Positions 21,041 to 31,002 of a stretch of DNA of 64,000 bases are shown in pieces. The notes beneath the pieces were generated by a model. The model was given only the letters and a program-made list of their open reading frames with translations, did no database searches and was not told the DNA's origin. The position numbers and the translations under genes are program-made. The stretch comes from a virus (Duplodnaviria; Caudoviricetes), in IMG/VR virus record IMGVR_UViG_2654587976_000001, positions 32,001-96,000 of that record; one strand, written 5' to 3'. Within the stretch, counting starts at the first letter, position 1; every line of letters begins with the position of its first letter.

Positions 21041-22912
21041 ATGACAGCTGTTTTAAGAATTAACGAAGAGTTAAACGGAATTGAACTTTATTTTGATAGT
21101 AAACCAGAACAAGAGGTTTTAACTCATCTTAAATCAAACGGTTTTCGATACTCTGGATTCAAAAAATGTTGGTGGAGCAAACGGACAGAAAAATCAATGC
21201 AGGTCGCTAATGGTGTCACTAAACAAGAAATCTCATCTTCTAAAACAATCACTAAAACCAAAAAGAAAGCTAAGGGCGTAAAAATGAGTCTGTGGGATGC
21301 AACACAATGGAGTGAATTCGAGGTTAACAAGGAACAAGAAGTGAAAGAAATGGCAAAGGAAATAAGAAAGCATTTGAGACAACGTTTCCCACAATGCAAA
21401 TTCTCTGTTACTACTGGGGGAAGCAATTCACATAGCACTATTAACATCACAATCAAATCAAGTCCTTATGAAAAAGGCTCAGCTTATTTGACTGCGATTT
21501 ATAATTATTGCAACAGCCTTTTAAACAATTATCGCCATTGCTACAGCCCAGCAGATCCATACACTGATTACGCAGGTAGTTACAATTTCTATGGTCGTGT
21601 TTCATTAGATTGGGAATACACAGTGACAGAACAAACAGAAGAAATTAAAGAAGATATGACACTGTTTGATTCAAAGATGGAAGAATTCGAAGAAGCCGAG
21701 AAAGCGAGAAAAGAAAAAGAACTTCAGGAATATTTAAAAGAGCAAGAGCTTAAAAATGCTGAATATAAGAGACGGCAAGAAGAAGAAAAGAAACAAGTCG
21801 AAAAAATCTATAGCAGCATTGTAGTAAAACAACTGAATGAAGATCAAGAGTATTTTGTTATTGATGCACAGTTTGCCAACTTAAACAAAAATCAAACACT
21901 TAATCAATATAAAGACGAGGTTGTTAAAGGTGACTACAGACTTGAAAATGTGAAAATTACAAAAGAAGTGCATTTCAATACTGAAGAAGCTTTAAACAAC
22001 TTTTCTAACTTGCTTTTAAATGATTTTGATTTTCTTGCGGAAACCGGTGGAAGTTTTACGGAAGACAATAGAATCAACTCAATGATTGATTATTACAATA
22101 TGGACGATCTTGAAAAGAACACAGTCAAATGGAATTTATATGGCGTAGGAGTGTACTACGGCGGGAAATTGCAATTCATTGTAGACGCTCAAGGCCATTC
22201 TTATGCAAGATACGTTGGTTTAGTGGACAATGCAAAAATTGAAAAGTCATTTTCTCATAAACAAGCGATAAAAGAAGGAGAGTTAGACGAGTTAAAACAT
22301 CAAGCGGGAAAAATAGAAGATCTTTCTAGTTCAGTCATTGAAGAATTAAATATATTTCTAACCTGGAATAATGAAGACTGGGACAAATATAAAACTTCAC
22401 TCAAAGGAAAATTGAAATTGAATAATTTGAATTTGAGTAAAAATGTTATCCAACAAGCAGATACAGAAAAATTAAAAACTGCTTTATACAGAATTCTCCA
22501 TGAAGTTGACAGTATTCAAGAACAATTTAAAAATGCTGATCTTGAAAAAGGTGAAAAATATACTCTGTTTCACATATCTGATCTTGGATCTTTAATTACT
22601 GAAAGAATAACGTATGACAGTTGCCAGTCAACTAAATATGCTCAATATGATAATGCAGTGAAGTTGACATATCGGCCTGAAAATAAAAGGAATTTATATT
22701 ACCGACACTTCTATTCAGAATTATTGATGTTCAAAGGATGGCACTCGCTGCCCGAAACAGTGTTGAATAATGTAGAGGTTAAACCAGATGGGACTAAAAT
22801 AATTCACAGTAAGTACTACTCGTGTGACAAAAGACAATTTGACGAGGTTTTAAATTACTTAAATAATAAAAGATTCAAACCTTTAATCAATACTTATAAG
22901 TCTAATCTATGA
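21041..22912 (+). CDS. Large polyvalent-type protein with LPD29-like domain (yonX position)
   Basis: AKEIRKHLRQRFPQCKFSV...DPYTDY resembles LPD29, N-terminal GFRYS..KCWW motif, ATG at 21041 behind GGGGAG. Confidence 0.55.
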   Translation: MTAVLRINEELNGIELYFDSKPEQEVLTHLKSNGFRYSGFKKCWWSKRTEKSMQVANGVTKQEISSSKTITKTKKKAKGVKMSLWDATQWSEFEVNKEQEVKEMAKEIRKHLRQRFPQCKFSVTTGGSNSHSTINITIKSSPYEKGSAYLTAIYNYCNSLLNNYRHCYSPADPYTDYAGSYNFYGRVSLDWEYTVTEQTEEIKEDMTLFDSKMEEFEEAEKARKEKELQEYLKEQELKNAEYKRRQEEEKKQVEKIYSSIVVKQLNEDQEYFVIDAQFANLNKNQTLNQYKDEVVKGDYRLENVKITKEVHFNTEEALNNFSNLLLNDFDFLAETGGSFTEDNRINSMIDYYNMDDLEKNTVKWNLYGVGVYYGGKLQFIVDAQGHSYARYVGLVDNAKIEKSFSHKQAIKEGELDELKHQAGKIEDLSSSVIEELNIFLTWNNEDWDKYKTSLKGKLKLNNLNLSKNVIQQADTEKLKTALYRILHEVDSIQEQFKNADLEKGEKYTLFHISDLGSLITERITYDSCQSTKYAQYDNAVKLTYRPENKRNLYYRHFYSELLMFKGWHSLPETVLNNVEVKPDGTKIIHSKYYSCDKRQFDEVLNYLNNKRFKPLINTYKSNL

Positions 22913-22964
22913 AATAAGAGGGGGATGGGAAAACATCTCATTCCCTAAAAAGGGAGAACAAAAA

Positions 22965-24566
22965 ATGTTTAAAGATAATCCGGATTTTTATCCGACACCA
23001 CCACAGTTAATCCGAAAAATGACATCTAAAGTAGAATGGAAGTACATTAACTCCGTTTTGGAGCCGTCAGCAGGTAAAGGAAACTTAGTAGAAGCTATTC
23101 ACAATCAATTTAAAAACACCAGCAACTATAGAAGGAATTCGAAATATGACATTGATGCAATTGAACAAGATGAAAACTTACGACACATACTTAAAGGCAA
23201 AGATTACAGAGTGATAGCAGACGATTTTCTGACGTTTAACACTTACAAGAAGTATGATTTGATTTTTATGAATCCACCTTTTAGTAGCGGTGTTAAACAT
23301 TTATTAAAGGCGATTGAATTAATTGAAAAGCAACAAAGATCCGGACAAATTGTTTGCTTACTAAATGCCGAAACATTAAAAAATCCGTATTCAAATGACA
23401 GGAAATTTCTTATACGTAAGCTAGAGGAAATAAATGCAGAAGTTGAATACATTCAAAACGCTTTTTCGAACTCAGAGCGAAACACAGAAGTTGAAACGGC
23501 GCTAATTTACATAAGCATTGAAAAACAAGAATATGACAGTGTTCTAATAGAAGAATTGAAAAAAGATGAGTCCCATAAAATTAGTGCCGATTATAAAGCA
23601 ACACAGTTAGTGAATGCAGACTTTATAAAAGGAATTGTAGAACAGTTCAATTATGAAATCAAAGCGGGTTTAAAATTAATCAATGAATATAACAGTTTAA
23701 AACCATTAATGCTACATAGTTTCAATGATGACAGTACTCCAATATTGAAGCTGCTAATTGACAAGAATACCGAAGAAAATGACATAGAGAATGCATATAT
23801 AAAACAAATTAGGGCGAAGTATTGGAATACGTTATTTAACAATGATCAATTTATGGGGCTCTTCACAAGCAATTTAAAACAAAAGTATTTGCAGCACGTT
23901 GAGGAATTAAAAGATTATGATTTTTCTTTGTTCAATATCTATACATTAAGAATTCAGATGAGTAAAGAGATGACGCAGGGCGTAGAAGATACAATACTTA
24001 ACCTTTTTGAAGAATTTAGCCACAAGCATTACTATGATGAATCATCAAAAAATGTGCACTTATATAATGGGTGGAAAACAAATAAATCATATAAAATTAA
24101 TAAAAAAATAATTATTCCACTAAACGGGTATTGTAGTTGGCTCGGTCACTATAGTCCAACAGACTACAAGGTCTTAGAAAAGTTGAAAGATATCGAAAAA
24201 GTTTTCAATTACCTTGACAATGGGTTAACAGAAGACATAAACATTGATGAAACTATAAAACTAGCTAAGCATTACGGTGAAACGAAAAAAATAGAATTAA
24301 AGTACTTCTATGTAACTTTCTATAAAAAAGGAACATGTCACATCGAGTTTAAAGATATGGAAATTCTCAAGAAATTTAATATCTTTGGCAGCCAAAAGAA
24401 AAACTGGCTTCCTCCTTCGTATGGTAAGGTAAAATATCAGGATATGACAGCAGAAGAAAAAGACGTAATTAATAATTTTGAGGGTGCGCAATCTTACAAT
24501 GAAACGGTAAATAACGCTTCTTATTATATCCTGGATACATCAAAGCTTCTATTGCTTACATCATAA
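22965..24566 (+). CDS. N6-adenine DNA methyltransferase with DUF4942-like C-terminus
   Basis: FYPTP, VLEPSAGKG (motif I), MNPPF (motif IV), C-terminal FYKKGTCHIEF. Confidence 0.8.
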   Translation: MFKDNPDFYPTPPQLIRKMTSKVEWKYINSVLEPSAGKGNLVEAIHNQFKNTSNYRRNSKYDIDAIEQDENLRHILKGKDYRVIADDFLTFNTYKKYDLIFMNPPFSSGVKHLLKAIELIEKQQRSGQIVCLLNAETLKNPYSNDRKFLIRKLEEINAEVEYIQNAFSNSERNTEVETALIYISIEKQEYDSVLIEELKKDESHKISADYKATQLVNADFIKGIVEQFNYEIKAGLKLINEYNSLKPLMLHSFNDDSTPILKLLIDKNTEENDIENAYIKQIRAKYWNTLFNNDQFMGLFTSNLKQKYLQHVEELKDYDFSLFNIYTLRIQMSKEMTQGVEDTILNLFEEFSHKHYYDESSKNVHLYNGWKTNKSYKINKKIIIPLNGYCSWLGHYSPTDYKVLEKLKDIEKVFNYLDNGLTEDINIDETIKLAKHYGETKKIELKYFYVTFYKKGTCHIEFKDMEILKKFNIFGSQKKNWLPPSYGKVKYQDMTAEEKDVINNFEGAQSYNETVNNASYYILDTSKLLLLTS

Positions 24567-24743
24567 CAAAATACACACTTTAATAATAAAAATAAAATAA
24601 GTATTGATAATTTAAAATAGTCATGTTATACTTAAATCAAGTTAAAACAACAGCAGAGCATACATATTTTAAGAATGAAAATAAAATAACTAAAACAAAA
24701 TGAAATGCATATTTTAAACAAAATTCTAGGTAGGTGATAATAA

Positions 24744-25349
24744 ATGAATAAGGTTGATGATAAAGAAATACGAACAGCTCTCATTTCCAGACTAACAACT
24801 TATAAAAATTGTGCAGTTTCAGAAGAAGTAACTGTGCCCTCTGGTAAAGCTAGAGCAGATGTAGTAGCTGTAAATGGTCATGTTGTTGCATACGAAATAA
24901 AGAGTGACTTTGATTCAATAAAACGATTAACAATGCAAATATACGAATATGACAAGAATTTCGAAATGAATTATATAGTAGTGGGTCAGAAATTCGCAGA
25001 ATCAATCACTAAAATCGTACCTGAACATTGGGGGGTTATCGTAGCTGAAAAAACAAGAGTGACTGTTCGTTTAGCCTTTTTAAAAAAGGCAAGATTAAAT
25101 CCGAATCTTTCTTTTAAAGACTTTTTATCTTGGTTGCCTTCGGAAGATGTAAAAAAAATAGCTTTAATGGATGATTACTTAGGAAATAAGCTTCCGAAAA
25201 GTAAAATAAGAACGCTTTTTAAACAAGATGTTATTAAAAGGTTAGAAGAAACAGTTCCAAGCCTACATAAAAATGAGCTAAAAAATAGAGTTCGACTCTT
25301 ACTGAAAAATAAGGGTAAGGCAAATAAGAAATCTGAAATAATTGGTTAA
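24744..25349 (+). CDS. sce7726-family PD-(D/E)XK nuclease-like protein
   Basis: EE...RADV...YEIKSDFDS..RL..Q...Y pattern. Confidence 0.65.
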   Translation: MNKVDDKEIRTALISRLTTYKNCAVSEEVTVPSGKARADVVAVNGHVVAYEIKSDFDSIKRLTMQIYEYDKNFEMNYIVVGQKFAESITKIVPEHWGVIVAEKTRVTVRLAFLKKARLNPNLSFKDFLSWLPSEDVKKIALMDDYLGNKLPKSKIRTLFKQDVIKRLEETVPSLHKNELKNRVRLLLKNKGKANKKSEIIG

Positions 25350-25369
25350 AACAGAATGGAGAGATTGAA

Positions 25370-25498
25370 ATGAAAGAGGTTAGCCACAACGAATGGATGG
25401 ATACGGTTAAAAAGTTGAATGAAGGGAAACCAAGTCTTACTGGTCTGATTGATCAGCAAGTTGAATCATATGAGAAAGATAAGGAGTGCAAGGAATGA
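25370..25498 (+). CDS. Small hypothetical protein (42 aa)
   Basis: ATG behind GGAGAG, ATGA overlap with the next ORF. Confidence 0.45.
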   Translation: MKEVSHNEWMDTVKKLNEGKPSLTGLIDQQVESYEKDKECKE

Positions 25499-25713
25499 AT
25501 CATTCCGAGAGAGTCGTTATGAATGTTGAAAAAAACGAGAACGGATTTGTAGTTGTAAAAGAGCATTATACAGAAGAGGGTATCCGCGAAAACCAATGCT
25601 TTTGTTTTGATAGAGATAAGGCTAGTGCAGAGGCTGAACGTATTCAAAATGAAATTGATCCAGAACATAACGAATGGAAAGTGACTTATGAACCTGTAGA
25701 GATTATTAGATAG
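25495..25713 (+). CDS. Hypothetical protein
   Basis: Track ORF 25486..25713, ATG at 25495 behind AAGGAG. Confidence 0.55.
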   Translation: MNHSERVVMNVEKNENGFVVVKEHYTEEGIRENQCFCFDRDKASAEAERIQNEIDPEHNEWKVTYEPVEIIR

Positions 25714-25809
25714 TCGTTTGGGTGACTATAAACAGACATTAAGCCCAGAGCGTCCTTCCTGCTGCGGGAAAAGAAAACAACTCATAAAACATAAGGAAGT
25801 GTTATTCAG

Positions 25810-25977
25810 TTGAAAAAAGAGTGTATGTTTAAAACGATAAGTTCAAAATGTCCAAATTGTCTCGCGTCTAATTCATTTAATATACCGATTGATATAAAAA
25901 AAATTAGCGATGTAGATGTGCCTTGGTTTCAATGTTCATTCTGTTTTAATAGAAGTGATAAACAATTATGGAAATGA
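25810..25977 (+). CDS. Small Zn-ribbon protein (55 aa)
   Basis: CPNC...CSFC, lies between two repeat copies. Confidence 0.5.
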   Translation: MKKECMFKTISSKCPNCLASNSFNIPIDIKKISDVDVPWFQCSFCFNRSDKQLWK

Positions 25978-26065
25978 TGGTTTAGATAGTCGTTGAGCGA
26001 CTATAAACGAGAATTACGAGTTGTGTTGACGGATCTGTCAATATTTATTAAATGGGGGGATTAAT

Positions 26066-26305
26066 TTGAGTTATGAACGTCCAGGCTTTACTTTTGCGGA
26101 AGCAGTAGTATTGTCCCTGAAGATCATGTTAACGATTGCTATTGTAATTGGTGATGCATTCTTTATACGTTGGCTTTACACAAATGATTACGTTATTTCG
26201 ACTTATGTGACTGGTGGATTTTCATTTTTTGTTTTTTGGTTTTTATGTTTTGGACTCCCGAATGAGAGATTAAATGTCGCCTGGGCGACTATAAACAGAC
26301 ATTAA
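26066..26305 (+). CDS. Small membrane protein
   Basis: Two hydrophobic segments, GGGGG RBS. Confidence 0.55.
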   Translation: MSYERPGFTFAEAVVLSLKIMLTIAIVIGDAFFIRWLYTNDYVISTYVTGGFSFFVFWFLCFGLPNERLNVAWATINRH

Positions 26306-26339
26306 GCCCAGAGCGTCCTTCCTGCTACGGGAAGGGGTT

Positions 26340-27086
26340 GTGAAAAATATAAGGAGAGAATGGGGGCGTTTTAAAAAAATGGCAGCAGTACTAAAAATGA
26401 AAGAATCTGATTTGTTCGAACCTGTTAAGTCGTTTCTAATAAAAAATGGTTGCTCGAAAGTTTATGGGGAAGTTCTCGGATGTGATGTATTTGGGATAAA
26501 TGGAGTGTGTGATATTGTCGTAGAATTGAAGACAACGTTGAGTTTTAAACTGATTGATCAAGCTTTAGACAGATTGAACCATGGTCATTACGTTTACATT
26601 GCAGTACCTAAGAGAAAAGGGCATATACCTAGATGTGTGAAATACCTACTTGAAGAAAAAAATATAGGTTTACTTGAAGTAGGTAAAGACAAATATTCAG
26701 ACGACATTATAGTACATGTTTCAATTCCTGCAAAATACAATCGCCTTGCTACTGAATGGAAGAAGAGAGGATTAAAGTCAACCAGAGACTATATAAAGGA
26801 CTACCACGAAACACAAATGGGGGGTGTAAAGGGGGGAGAGAGTGTTACTGAGTATTCTAACATGATTGATAATATTAAAGATTTCTTGTACCGCAGAATG
26901 CGTGGAAAATGGGCTACAATTGAAGAAATATTGAACCATTGTGAAACGTATTATTCAAATCCAAAACCAAGTCTAAACGCAACTTTGCAAGCGAAATGGA
27001 ATAGTGATTGGTGTGAATCTAAAGTGGTTAATCGAAAAAGATATTTCAGAATTCGAAAGGAACAATATTATGGGGAAGGGATCTAA
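26340..27086 (+). CDS. Putative PD-(D/E)XK nuclease-fold protein (DUF2161-like)
   Basis: ESDLFEPVK...GEV..CDV...VELK...QA...YIAVP pattern. Confidence 0.55.
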   Translation: MKNIRREWGRFKKMAAVLKMKESDLFEPVKSFLIKNGCSKVYGEVLGCDVFGINGVCDIVVELKTTLSFKLIDQALDRLNHGHYVYIAVPKRKGHIPRCVKYLLEEKNIGLLEVGKDKYSDDIIVHVSIPAKYNRLATEWKKRGLKSTRDYIKDYHETQMGGVKGGESVTEYSNMIDNIKDFLYRRMRGKWATIEEILNHCETYYSNPKPSLNATLQAKWNSDWCESKVVNRKRYFRIRKEQYYGEGI

Positions 27087-27354
27087 TTTCATGAACGAAA
27101 AAAAAGTATTTCTTGGAGCATATGGTAGATCACTTGAAATATTTTGGCAGTTGCCTGTAATTCAAAGCAATAAAACAGATCATAATTGGATACATCCAAA
27201 AGCAAAATACCATGCCTATATTAATAATGAGTCTGTTTGTGGAAAGTATGGTCAAAATACTGATTACTTTGAAATAGGAATCAAAGAATCTGACCTGATG
27301 GCAAATAAGGAATTGGCTTGCAAAGTATGCTTGAAAAAGTTAGGACTTTCTTAA
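27004..27354 (+). CDS. Hypothetical protein with possible Zn-binding C-terminus
   Basis: H...CG...CKVC, true start probably later than the track start. Confidence 0.5.
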   Translation: MIGVNLKWLIEKDISEFERNNIMGKGSNFMNEKKVFLGAYGRSLEIFWQLPVIQSNKTDHNWIHPKAKYHAYINNESVCGKYGQNTDYFEIGIKESDLMANKELACKVCLKKLGLS

Positions 27355-27408
27355 AGAGGATGGAAGGATAGTGGAACGCCTGTTAAATTCACAAGGGGGA
27401 AATAGCCT

Positions 27409-27687
27409 ATGAAAGTGAAGTACAGTCATAGTGAAGGAAATTTTCCATTTGCTAAAGGTGATTATGTGACAGTTGTTGTCAGATATCTTTATGTGAAAGG
27501 TTTGGAAGATGAACTTTATTATCATGGAACTGTAACAGAGATTGATGAGCAAGGGTTTCGGTGTGTTTTGGATGATGATAAAACAAAGGAAGAGTATTTC
27601 AGTTTTCTTGACGTTGAAAACGTTATAGATGGCGATAGAATACCTTTTTTTGCAGGAACAACTAAACGTATAAAAGGCAAAGACTAA
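27409..27687 (+). CDS. Hypothetical protein
   Basis: 92 aa ORF with RBS. Confidence 0.55.
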   Translation: MKVKYSHSEGNFPFAKGDYVTVVVRYLYVKGLEDELYYHGTVTEIDEQGFRCVLDDDKTKEEYFSFLDVENVIDGDRIPFFAGTTKRIKGKD

Positions 27688-27688
27688 T

Positions 27689-27716
27689 TCTCAATAATAC
27701 AACAATTTCAAACAGA
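27689..27716 (+). repeat. 28-bp 11-6-11 junction site
   Basis: TCTCAA TAATA CAACAA TTTCA AACAGA. Confidence 0.6.
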
Positions 27717-27730
27717 AAGAGGGCGTATAA

Positions 27731-27970
27731 ATGAGTACGATGGTTAATACAATAGGCGAATTCAATCTATATGATGTATTTGCCTTTAAGGACAGGCCAA
27801 ACGTTGAAATAAAAATAAGTATGATTATAGATGATCTTTATTACTTATGGTGTACAGATAGAGGGGAAATGACGGACGTTATCTTGATGAAAAATAGCGA
27901 TTTTAAAGAACAATCTTATAAGTTGCTTAAAGTAGCCAGTGGAATACCAAAGTGCAAGGAGAGAAGTTAA
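27731..27970 (+). CDS. Hypothetical protein
   Basis: 79 aa ORF with RBS. Confidence 0.5.
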   Translation: MSTMVNTIGEFNLYDVFAFKDRPNVEIKISMIIDDLYYLWCTDRGEMTDVILMKNSDFKEQSYKLLKVASGIPKCKERS

Positions 27971-28230
27971 TGAAGGATGTATTGTTGCCAATTGGTACAA
28001 TTTTTAAAGCGAAAGAACCGAATGGATATGAAGAGAATCAACCCATCATAGAATACATAATTATTGGGAAGCGTACAATCAATCCACGATCAATGAAGGC
28101 TTGGGATTATGTTGTAGTTCCTTTTGACGCAGGCTACAAAAATGAGTATAAAGAGCATACAAAAGAGTGGGAAAATAACTTTGTATATTTCAACCATATT
28201 GATATAGAAGAAGTTATAAAAAAGCTTTAA
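27952..28230 (+). CDS. DUF4176-like small protein
   Basis: LLPIGT...IIIG...DYVVVPF..G...FNH.DIEEV pattern. Confidence 0.5.
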   Translation: MQGEKLMKDVLLPIGTIFKAKEPNGYEENQPIIEYIIIGKRTINPRSMKAWDYVVVPFDAGYKNEYKEHTKEWENNFVYFNHIDIEEVIKKL

Positions 28231-28234
28231 GGAT

Positions 28235-28262
28235 TCTAAATAAAACAGCAGTTTTAAAGAGA
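28235..28262 (+). repeat. 28-bp 11-6-11 junction site
   Basis: TCTAAA TAAAA CAGCAG TTTTA AAGAGA. Confidence 0.7.
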
Positions 28263-28347
28263 GTTAACAGATAGAGTATCATGCTATAATATTGAATTAA
28301 TTAGAAGTAGTGTTTAGTAAGAGAAAAATATTTAGGGCGGGAAGAGA

Positions 28348-29853
28348 TTGGATAACTATGAGTCTAACATAAATATACTTAATGAGATTGATAAAAGATT
28401 AAGGAGATTTAATTTTAATTCTAAACTTGAATTATTAAGAGTGTTACATCATGCTACATCTGTAATTAATCCTAATGATGATTTTTTAATCAGTCTATTG
28501 CCTAATAATATATTAAGAAAACAAATTAGAGGTAACATATATAATCATGAACTAGCATATCTCTCCTTAGCCTCTATAATAGGGAAAGAGTGGGGTGGAT
28601 ATACGCCAGATATTAGTTATAATGATTTAGTGAAAGTAATTAAGTTATATCGAGAATATAATATTCCATTTAAGCATAAAGATGATTTGAATTTGTCTGA
28701 TCAGGAATTATTGTCACAATTTTCTGTGAGAGTCGGTTTACAACAATTTATTTATCAGAGGCATCCTTTTAAAAGTTTTTATAGGTATCACTATCTGTTT
28801 AATTATGAAAGCCCTGAAATTAATGTTAAAAAAATTTTTCTTGAATTGTTTGGTTATGAGTATGAAGATTATTTGTTATTCTCTTGGGCTTTATATAATT
28901 GTTCCTCGAAATACTGGGAAATTGATAAAGATAATTTTATTAGAACACTTGGGGAAATTTTCCGATTTTCTGAAACAAAAGTGAAAACTTTAATAAATAC
29001 CTTTTTAATTAATAGAGAAGAATTTATAGTTTTGTATGAACAATTTGCAACAATTGATCCAAAAATGAAAGTCTATGATTTCAACCCATTACTAATGAAA
29101 CCGATTGTAACCTCAAATGGCTCTGACCTTTTATTTCCAATGCCTTTTTCAATTTTCATAGCTGTTACAGAGGGGATGTATCAACAAATTTGCACTGCAA
29201 AAGGTTTGGAATTCAAAAGTGCTTTTGGAAAACACCCTTACGAAGATTACATAGAACATATTTTAAAACTTCATAATTATCTTTATATAAAAGAGTTTGT
29301 GTATAGATTTCAAAAGAACAATTTAAGATCCCCTGATTTTATGTTAGTTAAAAATAATCACGTTATCTTTATTGAATTAAAAGCAAGAGTACCCATGATA
29401 AGTTTAAGAACAACAAATTATACAAAATATAAAGAAGAGCTTAAAACTTCACTTGGTGCTGCACTTGCTCAGTGTTTTAAAAAGGAAGGTCATCTAAAAA
29501 GCGGCTTTATAAACCATGAAAAGTTACCTAAAAATATTTCGCGAATTTCACATATTGCTATTACACTTGAAGAATTTAATATTGCAGATGAAACTGGACT
29601 CGAAGAAGCAATAAAGGAAAATGGTGGAGTGCTTAGTGACTCTTCTTACCATGTTATGAGCACAGGAACATTAGAATCAATATTAGAAGAAGACACAAGG
29701 GATATTTTTCAATATTGTATCGATAGAGAAGAAGCTGGAACAACCAATAGGCACTTATCAGATGGAGATGTAAAAAGAGAAAAGTTAACTTCCACAAGAG
29801 ATCAAAATTTAATGGAACTCATTGTGAAAAAGAATAATCTAATTTCTAAATAA
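28348..29853 (+). CDS. AT-rich 501 aa protein with C-terminal PD-(D/E)XK/NERD-like nuclease motif, candidate defence gene
   Basis: YEDY...E...PDF...IFIELK...Q motif, own promoter (TG-CTATAAT at ~28282). Confidence 0.55.
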   Translation: MDNYESNINILNEIDKRLRRFNFNSKLELLRVLHHATSVINPNDDFLISLLPNNILRKQIRGNIYNHELAYLSLASIIGKEWGGYTPDISYNDLVKVIKLYREYNIPFKHKDDLNLSDQELLSQFSVRVGLQQFIYQRHPFKSFYRYHYLFNYESPEINVKKIFLELFGYEYEDYLLFSWALYNCSSKYWEIDKDNFIRTLGEIFRFSETKVKTLINTFLINREEFIVLYEQFATIDPKMKVYDFNPLLMKPIVTSNGSDLLFPMPFSIFIAVTEGMYQQICTAKGLEFKSAFGKHPYEDYIEHILKLHNYLYIKEFVYRFQKNNLRSPDFMLVKNNHVIFIELKARVPMISLRTTNYTKYKEELKTSLGAALAQCFKKEGHLKSGFINHEKLPKNISRISHIAITLEEFNIADETGLEEAIKENGGVLSDSSYHVMSTGTLESILEEDTRDIFQYCIDREEAGTTNRHLSDGDVKREKLTSTRDQNLMELIVKKNNLISK

Positions 29854-29872
29854 AAACACCATTTCATGCTAA
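29845..29872 (+). repeat. 28-bp 11-6-11 junction site containing the stop codon of the 501 aa gene
   Basis: TCTAAA TAAAA ACACCA TTTCA TGCTAA. Confidence 0.65.
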
Positions 29873-29910
29873 ATGGGACACGGGCTGCCTACATGAACAG
29901 CCCTTGGCCA

Positions 29911-31002
29911 TTAGCTCGCAATCTTCGTTTTGACTTGCTTGCGTGTCTCTATATTACGTAATTTAAGAGCCGGTTTTTCCACTATTCTGTATGAAAGGAA
30001 TGCGACGGTAGCAGTGACAGCCATCAGAACGATGATCAGCGGGTAATCAGACAATGTTTTATTAATTCCAGTGTATAAGAAGATGTTGATGATCACCATG
30101 TGCCATATGAAAATCCCCATACTGATATCATCTAACCGGTTCAGCTGCCACAATATCTTCGGCCCATTGTACCCGAACCAAATAATTGCATAGCTCAAAG
30201 GAATGAACCATAAAAAACTCCATAATGTGCTGTTTATTGAGCTGAGATGTAGAAGGTCAAATTTAAAGAATAAAAATAAAATAATAGAACATAAAAATAA
30301 AACGATATGCTGCGGTAACTTGCTCCATGCCTTAGCCCAGAAGATGCCCAAAGTGAAATAAAACATCTGCGGCAGGAAAGAATGTAAGTACAGGTTACCG
30401 AACACACTGCCAGGCGCGAGCTTTAAGATTATGAAAGAGACTAACACACTGAAAGCGGCAACAGCAAAAGAGCAAAGAATCATTTTTTGGAATCCGAAAC
30501 GTTTATAAAACCAATAAATTGCGGGTAACACCAGGTAAAAGCTAAGCTGAACAGGAATTGTCCAAAGTGAATCGTTAAGGCGACCTGTGCCAATGTGATG
30601 GAATATGTCAGGGAAGTATTGAGGGTATAACACAAAATTGCTAAGAAGCCATGTCCAGTACTCTTTAGTAGTGAGTACTGAGAATGAAAGAGCTCCTAGA
30701 ACAATTAACAGTACCGTGGAGGCAATAGCATAGGTGTATATTGCGGGTGCGATCCTGATAATTCGGCTCCAATAAAAATCGGTTGCATTATTTCCTTTAA
30801 GCTTGTATCTCTCATAAGAAGTGAAAAGAAAAAATGCGCTTAGAAAAAAGAAGATTGATATGCCGGTGTGAAACATTGCTTTACTCTCTGGGGTATAACC
30901 AAAGACAGAAATGTTTAGATCTCTTGTAGCATGGCCAACCAGCACACACAGAGCAGCAAACAGCCTGATAACAAAGAAACAATTAGAATGCTTTACGTTC
31001 AT
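29911..31002 (-). CDS. Acyltransferase-3 (OafA/YrhL-like) membrane O-acyltransferase
   Basis: R..AAL.V..H, FF.LS.F, R..RI.P, SLWTI, S.GIFIWH and IVEKP motifs, ~10 TM segments. Confidence 0.85.
   Translation of the reverse strand: MNVKHSNCFFVIRLFAALCVLVGHATRDLNISVFGYTPESKAMFHTGISIFFFLSAFFLFTSYERYKLKGNNATDFYWSRIIRIAPAIYTYAIASTVLLIVLGALSFSVLTTKEYWTWLLSNFVLYPQYFPDIFHHIGTGRLNDSLWTIPVQLSFYLVLPAIYWFYKRFGFQKMILCSFAVAAFSVLVSFIILKLAPGSVFGNLYLHSFLPQMFYFTLGIFWAKAWSKLPQHIVLFLCSIILFLFFKFDLLHLSSINSTLWSFLWFIPLSYAIIWFGYNGPKILWQLNRLDDISMGIFIWHMVIINIFLYTGINKTLSDYPLIIVLMAVTATVAFLSYRIVEKPALKLRNIETRKQVKTKIAS

Larger units (their letters stand above)
25707..26333 (+). repeat. Three intergenic hairpin repeats, two sharing a 47-bp direct repeat
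   Basis: GACTATAAACAGACATTAAGCCCAGAGCGTCCTTCCTGCTRCGGGAA at 25724-25770 and 26287-26333, TAGTCG..CGACTATAAAC core also at ~25987. Confidence 0.8.

Noticed and set aside
25707-26333. CRISPR array
   Set aside because: Only 2-3 unequal repeats, separated by 200-300 bp of coding sequence, and no cas genes
28235-28262. 28-bp sites as the chromosomal dif site or as terminators
   Set aside because: Arms do not match the B. subtilis dif sequence as I recall it, there are many copies, and the A/T-only stems are too weak for terminators
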